42,980 nucleotides of DNA from Candidatus Micrarchaeota archaeon. GTDB taxonomy: Archaea > Micrarchaeota > Micrarchaeia > Anstonellales > Bilamarchaeaceae. This document shows, piece after piece, positions 1 through 8,973 of the stretch. Every line of letters starts with the position of its first letter. Within the stretch, counting starts at the first letter, position 1. Below the pieces are notes generated by a model. That model was not told the origin of the DNA and did not search any database. It saw only the letters and a program-made list of their open reading frames with translations. Where the stretch lies: NCBI GenBank assembly GCA_038046805.1, contig JBBSVO010000006.1, positions 1 through 42,980 on the forward strand. The letters run 5' to 3'. Position numbers and translations under genes: made by a program.

Positions 1-84
1 GTCTAGTGTCCAGCGTCTTGAATTCCGCGTTTTCAGTTCTGGGTTTTGCGTTTAGGGTTTGGGTTTTCAGTTTCCATGTCTTAA
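1..84. repeat. Degenerate heptamer tandem array (mostly GT-initiated 7-mers), probably truncated by the window edge
   Basis: GTCTAGT GTCCAGC GTCTTGA ATTCCGC GTTTTCA GTTCTGG GTTTTGC GTTTAGG GTTTGG GTTTTCA GTTTCCAT GTCTTAA; the same units recur near and inside the tRNA genes. Confidence 0.75.
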
Positions 85-223
85 TTTTTTTGTGCCTAGT
101 ATCCAACATCCTGTTTTCTTATTGAATTTTTTTAATTTTTCCGCATTATACGCACCTTTTTATACCTTATTTTCCCCTTCTATTCGGGAGGATGTAGTTT
201 TAGAATAGTCGGGAGGTCGTATC

Positions 224-1231
224 TTGGAACTCATAGGAATGCAAGTAGCTGTCATTATTGTAACCATTTCAATTATCATCGCAGGCATAGCTCTTGGCAT
301 GGGCAGGGCACTTGGCTACAGGCGCATTGAGCAGTTCGGAATAGATGAATTGTTTCAGTCAGTTCTCAACGCCGCAATTGTCGGTTCAGCCGTGGTTGTC
401 GTTGAGGGTATCAAGGCAACAACCTCTTCTTTGCTTGCGGTAACCTGCCAGGAAGGCGCAGATGCATTGGGAGAACTTTCCTGTATTTTCGGAAAAACCG
501 CGGATTCTTCATTTCTTTTATTCCAGGAAATGCTCAAAATGTCAAACATTCTTGGTTATTACCAGAATCTTGTGCTTGATTTTGGTTCTTTCTCGATTCA
601 ACCACTTGCAAATCTGGGTGGCCCGCTTGCGATCCTCTCATCCCAGTTGCTCACGCTTCAATTCGTTCTCATCCTTCTCAATCTTAACATCCAGCTTCTT
701 TCATTCTTCTCGCAGAACGGGCTCGCGATGTTCTTCCCGATTGGCCTGATACTGCGTTCTTTCTTTGCCACAAGGCGCATTGGAGGCTTCCTTATCGCAT
801 TTGCAATAGGTTTCTATGCTTTCTATCCATTATTCATCCTTGCATTCCCCAATCCAGATGCAGAAGTGGCCTCGTCCGTTTCTTCGTTTGCCTCATTCAA
901 TAATAATTCCGCTTATGCAGTTGTTCCGCTTTTGGATTTGAACAATAATTTCGCAATCGCATCAAAGATAGATAATATGAGTTTTGGTTTGGCAGGTAAT
1001 TCGAACGAGTCAGGCGGAAATACCTCATCAAATAATACAAGCGCTGGCATTGGCATCGATTTGACCGGAGATATTTCGTTTTCCCTTCAAAAGAGCGCGA
1101 ATGCAGTATCCAAGTTGTTATTTTATTCCGTAATCGCACCGTTGATTTCCCTTTTGATCACAATTGTTTTCATAAAAGAGCTGGCATCTGTTCTTGGCTC
1201 GGAATTTAGCCTTCCATCAAAGTTAATTTAG
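224..1231 (+). CDS. Multi-pass membrane protein, VirB6/TrbL/CedA-like candidate
   Basis: 335 aa with several hydrophobic segments (e.g. FFPIGLILRSFFATRRIGGFLIAFAIGFYAFYP); GGGAGGT RBS before a TTG start; first gene of the operon containing the VirB4-like ATPase. Confidence 0.6.
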   Translation: MELIGMQVAVIIVTISIIIAGIALGMGRALGYRRIEQFGIDELFQSVLNAAIVGSAVVVVEGIKATTSSLLAVTCQEGADALGELSCIFGKTADSSFLLFQEMLKMSNILGYYQNLVLDFGSFSIQPLANLGGPLAILSSQLLTLQFVLILLNLNIQLLSFFSQNGLAMFFPIGLILRSFFATRRIGGFLIAFAIGFYAFYPLFILAFPNPDAEVASSVSSFASFNNNSAYAVVPLLDLNNNFAIASKIDNMSFGLAGNSNESGGNTSSNNTSAGIGIDLTGDISFSLQKSANAVSKLLFYSVIAPLISLLITIVFIKELASVLGSEFSLPSKLI

Positions 1232-1266
1232 TATCTATGTTGCTTAATCTTGTGTGAGGTGAAAAA

Positions 1267-2049
1267 ATGTTGATGAATCGTGGAATCGTAATCTCATCCC
1301 TTGTTGGCGGTGCAATAGCAGTATTGATTTCGTTTATTTTCGGAGGCGCCTTTTTTTCCGTAATCGCTGCGTTATTGTTTTTCCTAAGCATTGTCATGTG
1401 GAAATACGGTTACATATTATTTCCAATGTTCTCCAAGGCCACTAATCTGGTAGAAGTCCGGGATGGCTATGAAGTTCCTCCAACGCGCGATTTTATCATG
1501 AAAAAAGCCGAGAATGGATATTATGCAACAAAATTCCTGGAAATCCGCTTCTATGAAAGCAGTCTGGACAAGTCCAAGGAGGAAAAGCATTCAATGTTTG
1601 AATCCTTTGAAAAGGCAATCTCTTCACTCAAATATGTGGTTAAAATTTCTCTTCTTGTTTCAGCAGTTGATTTAGGCAAGCACATAGATGAAATAAAGAC
1701 CAAACGTAGTTCCGCAGAGGCAAAGAAATCAAAGCTTAGCGGAGGAAAAGGAGACGAATCTGTGCGTCTTGACCGTGAAATCGCGATGTGGAACCGTTTG
1801 CTGGAGCGCATCACTCATGGAGAACGACCGGTTGAAGTTATTGCATTTGCATCAACAACATCATTTGGCCTTACTAAGGAAGAAGCCATCTCCAGAATAA
1901 GACGGCAGGCAAAGGAAGTTTCCACAATTCTTTCAAGTTCAATGGGAACTGATATTGCTGAACTTTCTGATACAGAAATGCTCAAATGCTTTGAATGGGA
2001 CCGATTCTTCCCAACAACGCAGGAAGAGCTCAGGGACGAAACATTCTAG
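1267..2049 (+). CDS. Membrane-anchored protein (2 N-terminal TM helices plus soluble domain), resembling a VirB3/PrgI or VirB4-N-terminal partner
   Basis: 260 aa; GAGGTG RBS; N-terminal hydrophobic hairpin; lies directly upstream of the ATPase. Confidence 0.6.
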   Translation: MLMNRGIVISSLVGGAIAVLISFIFGGAFFSVIAALLFFLSIVMWKYGYILFPMFSKATNLVEVRDGYEVPPTRDFIMKKAENGYYATKFLEIRFYESSLDKSKEEKHSMFESFEKAISSLKYVVKISLLVSAVDLGKHIDEIKTKRSSAEAKKSKLSGGKGDESVRLDREIAMWNRLLERITHGERPVEVIAFASTTSFGLTKEEAISRIRRQAKEVSTILSSSMGTDIAELSDTEMLKCFEWDRFFPTTQEELRDETF

Positions 2050-2090
2050 GTGAATTCGGATTGATTATTGATGTTTGAGGTGCGTTTGAA

Positions 2091-3533
2091 GTGCAATTAA
2101 ACTATATACTTTCAAAAGAACTTGCCGGCAAGATGATTCTGGTCCATCCCCCAGAGCCACGCAAGGAACTGCTTCTTTCGCCTCCAGGTGATGGAATTTA
2201 TCTCGGTAAAACCCGCTTTCTCGGAACCCCCGTATTTTGGGATTTCAGGAAACTCATTAATCCGCACATTTCAATTGTTGGGATTACCGGTTCGGGAAAG
2301 TCATATTTGGTCAAGTCATTCCTAACCCGCGCCTCTCTCTTGTGGGATTCCAATGCAATTATTCTTGACTGGGTTGGCGAATACGTCAAATGGGTAAAAC
2401 AGGCCGGCGGCACTGTAATAAATCTCGGAATGGAAAAATTGAATCTTCTTGACCTTGCCGGATTAACGAAAAGCGAGCGCATAAAGCAAATCGTTTCCGC
2501 ACTGGATGTTCTTCTTGACCTTAAGAGTTATCCGCACGAGCGGGATGATATAGAAGAAGCTCTCGAGGAGGTTTATGATTCCGCGAGGAAGGGCTCAAGT
2601 CCTACTCTTGCCGATGTTGCAGAACGGCTTTTGAAGACAAAAAAGAAAAGCGCTGCCCGTTTGGTTAAGCGCTTCACTGTGGAAGGAAGCGACTTTTTCT
2701 CTGGAAAAAGCAGCATTGATTTAAAGAAGATAACCCATTCTGGCCTTGTTTGCATCGACCTTCACAGCCTTCCAACAGAAGAAATCCGCAGTCTTGCCGG
2801 GCTTACTATCCTTCAATATATCAAGGAGATCATGCGCAGGGAAGGCATACGGGAAGAAAAAGGAGTAAAACTCTTTGTAGTTCTTGACGAAGCATGGAAA
2901 ATCGCAAATGATGAACGCAGCGATGTCATAACAATCGTTCGTGAAGGTCGTAAGTATAATTTCGCCCTTATAGTTGCCAGCCAAAATCCGACTGATCTTC
3001 ACAAGACAATTTTCAGCAACGTTGGTACAATGTTTGTCATGCGCCTTGTATTAAAGGAATTCCGGGACTACGTGCGGCAATCTGTCGGGTACTCCGACTT
3101 CATTGATAACGAAATTTCAAGGTTTGGTGTAGGAGACGCTGCCCTCAATATGATATTTGCCCAGAGGCAGGGGAAAAGTTCTACCTTCCTGCTTAATAAG
3201 ATTGATGGAGAAGAACCATTGTTCTTACTGAAGATAAAAGGTGGTGAGATGGAAGTTGAAGTTGAACGCGAGCAGCTAATGAAAATGTTCTACGAGCTTG
3301 GTCTTACCGAACAGCAGATGGGTATCGTAAAAATGGAATTTGAAAAAGGGGACGGCCTTCTTGATGCAGAGAAAATTGTTGCCTTGCTAGAAAAATTCGG
3401 TTATTCCAAATCATCCATAATTGCATTCCTCAGGCAGCTCGGGATAGATGAAAAGAACATAATTCAGATATTTTCCCTTGTGAAGATGAGAACAGCTGGA
3501 AAAGGCGTAGTCAATATAACAATGGATGATTAA
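2091..3533 (+). CDS. VirB4/HerA-like (DUF87-type) P-loop ATPase
   Basis: NPHISIVGITGSGKS Walker A, IILD..GEY, VVLDEAW Walker B, REGRKY, ASQNPTD; GAGGTG RBS before GTG. Confidence 0.85.
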   Translation: MQLNYILSKELAGKMILVHPPEPRKELLLSPPGDGIYLGKTRFLGTPVFWDFRKLINPHISIVGITGSGKSYLVKSFLTRASLLWDSNAIILDWVGEYVKWVKQAGGTVINLGMEKLNLLDLAGLTKSERIKQIVSALDVLLDLKSYPHERDDIEEALEEVYDSARKGSSPTLADVAERLLKTKKKSAARLVKRFTVEGSDFFSGKSSIDLKKITHSGLVCIDLHSLPTEEIRSLAGLTILQYIKEIMRREGIREEKGVKLFVVLDEAWKIANDERSDVITIVREGRKYNFALIVASQNPTDLHKTIFSNVGTMFVMRLVLKEFRDYVRQSVGYSDFIDNEISRFGVGDAALNMIFAQRQGKSSTFLLNKIDGEEPLFLLKIKGGEMEVEVEREQLMKMFYELGLTEQQMGIVKMEFEKGDGLLDAEKIVALLEKFGYSKSSIIAFLRQLGIDEKNIIQIFSLVKMRTAGKGVVNITMDD

Positions 3534-4263
3534 CCCATTGTCGGGGAGATCTCTTATGGAAAATGAAAAAATATCCGTAACTGCGCGAAGGAAAAAGGCA
3601 GTTTCCAAGCTTATTCCTGTTTTGGGAGAACTTGGCTTCAACAAGGTTTCCTATGTTAAAGACAAACTTGTTGTTGAGAAAACCCAGGGGGAAGACCTGC
3701 GCGGGGAAAAGTTCCTTCATTACCGGATTATCTTCAGCGATAAATCCATTGACCTAGCATATTCGGTTCCTCCGCACCTTAGCAAGCGCAGGCGGCTGAT
3801 TGAAGTCTTTTCTGTTCTTATCAACGTCCTCAGGCTTGCAGAAGGATATTATGATATAAGTGCGGCATCTCTTTATTCTCCAGTAGGGGGTTTGCTCGGA
3901 GAGCTGGATAGGTTTGTTGAAAAGGATATGGTTGATCTTTCTGCTGAGCTTGATGAGCTTAAAGGAAAATATGAAAGTCTTACTAAAAGATACACGGATC
4001 TTGTGCGTTCAAGCGAGGAAAATGCCCGCATTTTGATAGAATGTGAACGTGAAAAGGATGATCTTTTCAAAAAACTCAACGAAGCCTCTGGAATGAGCGA
4101 CGATTCCCTGAAAGAATTGCTTTTCAACTGGGTTCGCGTGCATGGCGGCTCAATAGATATTTCCGAATTCTGCAAGGCTCATGGAGTAACTGCAAAGCGT
4201 GCCGAGGAGGGCCTTAATGTGCTTATACAAGAGGGTTACCTGAAGAAGAAGGGTGCGGTGTAA
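3526..4263 (+). CDS. Hypothetical protein with coiled coil and C-terminal winged-helix-like domain
   Basis: 245 aa, overlaps the ATPase stop; heptad region LSAELDELKGKYESL; C-terminus GGSIDISEFCKAHGVTAKRAEEGLNVLIQEGYL resembles a wHTH. Confidence 0.7.
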   Translation: MINPLSGRSLMENEKISVTARRKKAVSKLIPVLGELGFNKVSYVKDKLVVEKTQGEDLRGEKFLHYRIIFSDKSIDLAYSVPPHLSKRRRLIEVFSVLINVLRLAEGYYDISAASLYSPVGGLLGELDRFVEKDMVDLSAELDELKGKYESLTKRYTDLVRSSEENARILIECEREKDDLFKKLNEASGMSDDSLKELLFNWVRVHGGSIDISEFCKAHGVTAKRAEEGLNVLIQEGYLKKKGAV

Positions 4264-4270
4264 TTATGAT

Positions 4271-4386
4271 TATAGCAAACCACGAAAGTAATGTAAGTTC
4301 TTTAGGCCACTATGCCTTACAAAATCGTCGTGGTTTGCTATGTAGTGAGACGAGAAAGTTTCGCAAAACTTTCGTGGATCGCTATA
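4271..4386. mobile_element. MITE-like element with TATAGC terminal inverted repeats
   Basis: Left TATAGCAAACCACGAAAGT (4271-4289) vs right ACTTTCGTGGATCGCTATA (4368-4386), 17/19 complementary; extra internal right arm TCGTGGTTTGCTAT (4328-4341); related element at 23689. Confidence 0.65.
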
Positions 4387-4408
4387 ATTTGTTTGGGAGT
4401 GCGGTCTG

Positions 4409-4534
4409 ATGGCACGGGAATACGAATTCTTTGTCCTGAAACAATATCCCAAAGAGCGCCAGTTCGTTATTTTAAAGGAGATGGAAAAGGGGTTCTTCGG
4501 CACAATCGGGAAGATGCTTGGCAGAAGGGTGTAG
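4409..4534 (+). CDS. Small 41-aa protein with amphipathic C-terminal helix (not in ORF track)
   Basis: GGGAGTG RBS, then MAREYEFFVLKQYPKERQFVILKEMEKGFFGTIGKMLGRRV*. Confidence 0.5.
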   Translation: MAREYEFFVLKQYPKERQFVILKEMEKGFFGTIGKMLGRRV

Positions 4535-4562
4535 CGCGAAACGATCCAATGATAATCAAGAC

Positions 4563-5666
4563 TCAATATTCAGGTTCCCCGCTAATCAAGTAATCCACTC
4601 CAACTTTTTCCATCATCATATTCTTCAGCAGTATTGCCTCATTCATTAGTTTGACTCCAATCCCCCCAATCGGGGGCTTTGCATCCTTCCCGCCTATTAT
4701 TTTCGGTGCAATAAAAAAACAAAACCTGTCAACAAGTTTCGCATCAACCATCGCGCCATCTATAATGCTCCCACCTTCAAGCAAAAGCGAGTTTATTCCG
4801 CGTGCAGCAATAAAATTCATGAATTTTTTAAGATCAACTTCCCCATCCTTTTGCGGGCATGGAAACACAATTGCACCGATTCGTTCAAGTTCTTTTTTCT
4901 TTTTCTTATTGAAGTTCCGCCCGCATCCGATTACAACCATTTCCTTTGCCTTTTTCAGAACATTCGCGGAAAGCTGAATTCTTAATTTCGAATCAACAAT
5001 AATCCGTATTGGATCGCGGCCCTGTTTTATCCTACACGTAAGTTTTGGATTATCCTTTAACACGGTTCCAATTCCAACCATCACTGCATCGTTCTCTGAA
5101 CGCATCTCCTGAGTTTTTCTTCGTGAAGCCTCTCCGGAAATCCATTTTGAATCTCCAACACGTGTGGCGATTTTCCCGTCAAGGCTCATGGCAATTTTCA
5201 TTGTTACAAACGGCAGTCCCATCGTCACTCGCTTCGAATATGCTTCATTTAGAGTCGCGGCCTCTTTTTCACATATTCCTACTACCACGTCAATGCCAGC
5301 TTTTCGCAATGCCGCGATCCCCTTTCCAGAAACAAGGAGATTTGGATCAATCATCGCACAGATAACGCGTTTGATCCCAGTTTGTATTATTGCCGGAACG
5401 CACGGAGGGGTTTTTTTCTCATTTCCTGAATGGACGCACGGTTCAAGAGTTACATATAATTCCGCACCACTAAGCTGGTTTGGCTTCAATCCGTGTATTG
5501 CCTCAATCTCGGCATGGGGCAATCCTGCCTTTTGATGATATCCTGTTCCAATAACTCGGCCATCATTGACAATTACTGCACCAACTTTGGGATTAGGTGA
5601 AGTTCTTCCCTTTGCTGCAAGTGAAATTGCAAGTTTCATGAATCGTTCGTTATCTGTTGCACTCAT
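4563..5666 (-). CDS. ribD: Bifunctional diaminohydroxyphosphoribosylaminopyrimidine deaminase / reductase
   Basis: TSPNPKVG, HAE, TLEPC...PPC Zn motif, SLDGKIA, DNPKLTCR, LLEGG. Confidence 0.95.
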   Translation of the reverse strand: MSATDNERFMKLAISLAAKGRTSPNPKVGAVIVNDGRVIGTGYHQKAGLPHAEIEAIHGLKPNQLSGAELYVTLEPCVHSGNEKKTPPCVPAIIQTGIKRVICAMIDPNLLVSGKGIAALRKAGIDVVVGICEKEAATLNEAYSKRVTMGLPFVTMKIAMSLDGKIATRVGDSKWISGEASRRKTQEMRSENDAVMVGIGTVLKDNPKLTCRIKQGRDPIRIIVDSKLRIQLSANVLKKAKEMVVIGCGRNFNKKKKKELERIGAIVFPCPQKDGEVDLKKFMNFIAARGINSLLLEGGSIIDGAMVDAKLVDRFCFFIAPKIIGGKDAKPPIGGIGVKLMNEAILLKNMMMEKVGVDYLISGEPEY

Positions 5667-5717
5667 ACTAACAAATAGAAAATCAAGGGTTTTAAATCAC
5701 TCCATTGAAATCAATCC

Positions 5718-7013
5718 ATGGCTTCTGAAACGGCTGATATAGAACTTCATTGTCTTGGCGCCTCCCGTGAAGTCGGAAGAAGCGCGTTCCTCCTCAAAAC
5801 CGACAAAAATCTTCTTCTTGATTATGGGCTTAAGATTTTTGACAAGAGCGGGCAGCCTCAGTTTCCAGAGCCTTTCAGTGAGAAAATCGACGCTATGATT
5901 TTGAGCCATGCTCATCTTGACCACAGCGGTTTTGTTCCGAATCTCTATTCAGGTTCCGGCGGTGTGAATAATCCGATTAATCCAAATCCTGGCCTGAAAT
6001 GGTTTTCCACTCCGCCAACACGCGACCTTTGTGAGATTCTATGGCCAGATTCAATGAAAATCATGGGCGATACGCTTCCTTACAAAATCCGCGAGTATCA
6101 TCTTGCGCTAAAGCACTGGGTACCTGTTGCTTATGAAAGGCGCATCAGTTTCGGAGAGACGCAAATTACGTTGAGTGATGCAGGACATATTGCAGGAGCT
6201 GCAATGGTCGAACTGGAATATCGCGACAAAGTGGTTCTTTACACAGGTGATTTCAAAAACAGTCCTACTCGTTTGCATAACGGCGTAGCATATGATTACG
6301 ACGTAAATACACTGATAATTGACAGCACCTACGCAAAGCGCGAGCATCCGGATAGAAAGAAGTTAGAGCAAAAGCTCATGGACGAAATCTCTGAAACCAT
6401 TGACAATGGTGGCACTGCGCTTTTGCCAGCATTTTCGCTTGGAAGAAGCCAGGAACTCATCAGCATAATTCGTGCGCATGACAGACATGTTCCGATCTAT
6501 CTTGATGGGATGGGAAAGGACATCTCCCTAATCTATGCAAAGTATCCGGGTTATATCAGCGATGTAAAAAAATTCAGGAAAGATCTTTCCACAGTGGTAA
6601 GTATAAGGAAAAATCATCAAAGGATGGAAGCAACCCGCGAGCCTGCAGTGATAGTTTCCTCGGCTGGTATGATGGAAGGGGGGCCAGTTCTGGGGTATGT
6701 CGTGCGGCTCAATCCAAATTCGAAAATAATTTTGACCGGATATAGTGTGGAAGGCTCGAATGCCTGGCGTCTTCTTAATGAAAATGCGCTGATCATAAAT
6801 GGAAATCGTCTTGAAGCGGAGTTTCCGGTGGAATATCTGGACTTCTCCGCACATGCCGGACGGAGCGATCTCCTGAACATGATAAAATCCACAAATCCTG
6901 AAAAAATAATTCTTGTTCATGGGGATTCCACAGAGGAATTTGAGCGCGAACTTAGGGAAGATTTCGGTCTTGATGCAATTGCACCTAAGATTGGAGATAG
7001 AATCAAGCTGTAA
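5718..7013 (+). CDS. Metallo-beta-lactamase beta-CASP ribonuclease (aCPSF2-like)
   Basis: GASREVGRS, SHAHLDHSG, AGHIAG, YTGD, FSLGRSQE, SAHAG, LVHGD. Confidence 0.9.
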   Translation: MASETADIELHCLGASREVGRSAFLLKTDKNLLLDYGLKIFDKSGQPQFPEPFSEKIDAMILSHAHLDHSGFVPNLYSGSGGVNNPINPNPGLKWFSTPPTRDLCEILWPDSMKIMGDTLPYKIREYHLALKHWVPVAYERRISFGETQITLSDAGHIAGAAMVELEYRDKVVLYTGDFKNSPTRLHNGVAYDYDVNTLIIDSTYAKREHPDRKKLEQKLMDEISETIDNGGTALLPAFSLGRSQELISIIRAHDRHVPIYLDGMGKDISLIYAKYPGYISDVKKFRKDLSTVVSIRKNHQRMEATREPAVIVSSAGMMEGGPVLGYVVRLNPNSKIILTGYSVEGSNAWRLLNENALIINGNRLEAEFPVEYLDFSAHAGRSDLLNMIKSTNPEKIILVHGDSTEEFERELREDFGLDAIAPKIGDRIKL

Positions 7014-7117
7014 TACTCATTTTCCTACTCATCCCATCTTTTTTAAACCTTATACCTCAAATACTTCCTTTACCAGTGATCGTTTCTAATCTATTAACAC
7101 TTTAATTTTGTGATCTG

Positions 7118-7642
7118 ATGATGGACGAAGCAGAACTTGGTGCAAAAATCACCGAGCTTGAAGTAAAGAAAACCGACCTTATCAACAGAATAAAAAAGGT
7201 CAATGCACGAAAGCGCTACAAGCAGTATGAAGAAAAGGCGCTTGAACCATTTTTAGAGAAAACAAGAGACGTTGATGTTGGCCCATTGAGAAGGCAGAGA
7301 AGGGCAATCGAATTCAGAATCGCCACACAGGCGTATACCCCAAAAATGGAAAAAGAGCTTCTCAAAGCAGCGAAAAAACTTGATGACCAGCTCGCCCAAT
7401 TCCAGGAAGTTGAGCGGGCAAGACGAAAAAAAAGATATGTTATAGGAGACCTTGCTGAATGCGAAAAAGAGATCACAGAAATAGAAACTCAGCTTCATGT
7501 TATTCGTGATGAATTGAAAAAGCTCTACGATGAGGCCCGCACATATAAATCAGCAAGCAAGAAAGGAATAAAATTCGGCCCGGCTCCAGATGACGGTCTT
7601 GTAACTCTGGAAGAAATGGGCGTTATTATAGAGCAGGGCTGA
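7118..7642 (+). CDS. Archaeal coiled-coil protein (COG1340-like)
   Basis: 174 aa charged heptad protein; IEFRIATQAYTPKMEKEL resembles the conserved core of that family. Confidence 0.65.
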   Translation: MMDEAELGAKITELEVKKTDLINRIKKVNARKRYKQYEEKALEPFLEKTRDVDVGPLRRQRRAIEFRIATQAYTPKMEKELLKAAKKLDDQLAQFQEVERARRKKRYVIGDLAECEKEITEIETQLHVIRDELKKLYDEARTYKSASKKGIKFGPAPDDGLVTLEEMGVIIEQG

Positions 7643-7684
7643 GAAAAAGAATCAGATTTTTTTTATTTTATTTCTATTTAGGAT

Positions 7685-8380
7685 CTATAGGACCCATTCC
7701 TGTCCTTGAACTGTCTGTACTGCTGGTTTTACAATGCTCATTGCTATCCCCAATTCCACCATCTTTCTTTCTGCAGCTTCACGGATTTCTTGATGTCTAG
7801 AGTTTCTCATACCGCATAAATCTGAGGGGGCAGTATCTGCATAAAATCGCATACTTTCAAAGGCTGCCAAAGCAGTTGATATATGTGGGACTAAGCTTGC
7901 TATTGCTGCCAGTACACGTTCCGCGTTATCTAGTGGTTCACCCGTAGGTCTAGGATGTACACAATACATTCTGCGTTCAACAATTCCATCTACTGCGAAT
8001 CTGGCAACAACATCACTTTTAGCATAAAACGCAGCGCGTTGGGCTTCTATCAATGGCCAATCGTCAAGCGTATGGTAAGGTTCAAATTTACCTCTCCCAT
8101 CACAAATTTTACGTAAAACGATTAATGCAGCTATTCCAAGTTCAGGTTGTTCTTCAACTAAATATACTATCTCTCTAATTTCGTTTAATCCCCTTTCTCC
8201 TCTTTTGGTAACAGACCCTATGAGTTCCATTGCTGTATTTCTATTGGCTGCACGTGGGTCTGTGGATAATTCAACAATTGCACATACCTTATCTTGAGGC
8301 ACTTTACTCTTAAGTTGCATAGCAATTCGTGTGAGATCTAGTTTTACTGTTTGCACGGGTATAGAATTTGTAACTACCAT
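7685..8380 (-). CDS. Hypothetical protein (orphan, helical)
   Basis: 231 aa ORF with AGGTGA RBS and upstream TATA-like sequence; no motif recognised. Confidence 0.65.
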   Translation of the reverse strand: MVVTNSIPVQTVKLDLTRIAMQLKSKVPQDKVCAIVELSTDPRAANRNTAMELIGSVTKRGERGLNEIREIVYLVEEQPELGIAALIVLRKICDGRGKFEPYHTLDDWPLIEAQRAAFYAKSDVVARFAVDGIVERRMYCVHPRPTGEPLDNAERVLAAIASLVPHISTALAAFESMRFYADTAPSDLCGMRNSRHQEIREAAERKMVELGIAMSIVKPAVQTVQGQEWVL

Positions 8381-8456
8381 AATTTCACCTTACTTGTAGT
8401 TTTTATAAAATCTGATTACACCAGCTTAAAAACCAACCACTTAGCACATAAATTGC

Positions 8457-8918
8457 CTACAAATCCCTTCCTCTCCACCCTCTAATCCTATTTTGTATTG
8501 TCCTGCCTCTTCGATCTTGGGAAAATGGGCTTTTTATCTCTCCATTCCCGAAATGCCCGACACCAAGGATGTGCCCGCCATGAGCAACGATTGCCGGTCC
8601 CTGTCCCCCGAGTATTTTTAATTTTTTCCGTACGTTTTGCCCGGAAATAAACAGTTTCGCATCCGCGTCGTTAAGCGCGATCACATTCCTTTTCGCGTGC
8701 ATACCAACCAGCTGCATAAAATACGGATTTATTCCGCTTTTTCCTGAATATGCCTGAAATCCTTTCAAGCCGTAAACATTATCCATTAATCCTCTCACAT
8801 GAACTCGTATTCCGTGCCCCTTTGTATCTGAAAGTAAAATCTCGTGCGGAAAAACAACTCCAAACCGTTCGGAAAGGAATTTTTTGAAAGTTTCCGCGTT
8901 TTCTATTTTCATCTCCAT
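8457..8918 (-). CDS. PUA-like / RsmF C-terminal-like RNA-binding protein
   Basis: RNVIALNDADAKLFISGQNV...AIVAHGGHILGVG pattern; immediately downstream of the m5C methyltransferase. Confidence 0.6.
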   Translation of the reverse strand: MEMKIENAETFKKFLSERFGVVFPHEILLSDTKGHGIRVHVRGLMDNVYGLKGFQAYSGKSGINPYFMQLVGMHAKRNVIALNDADAKLFISGQNVRKKLKILGGQGPAIVAHGGHILGVGHFGNGEIKSPFSQDRRGRTIQNRIRGWRGRDL

Positions 8919-8973
8919 TCAAATCAACCTCAATTATATTTGTCGAGCACACATCATTCTTTCCTCATCGTTC

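Noticed and set aside
4270..4593. ORF-track ORFs 4270..4566(-) and 4312..4593(+)
   Set aside because: They run through the MITE-like palindrome and lack an RBS; the RBS-led 41-aa ORF in another frame is more plausible
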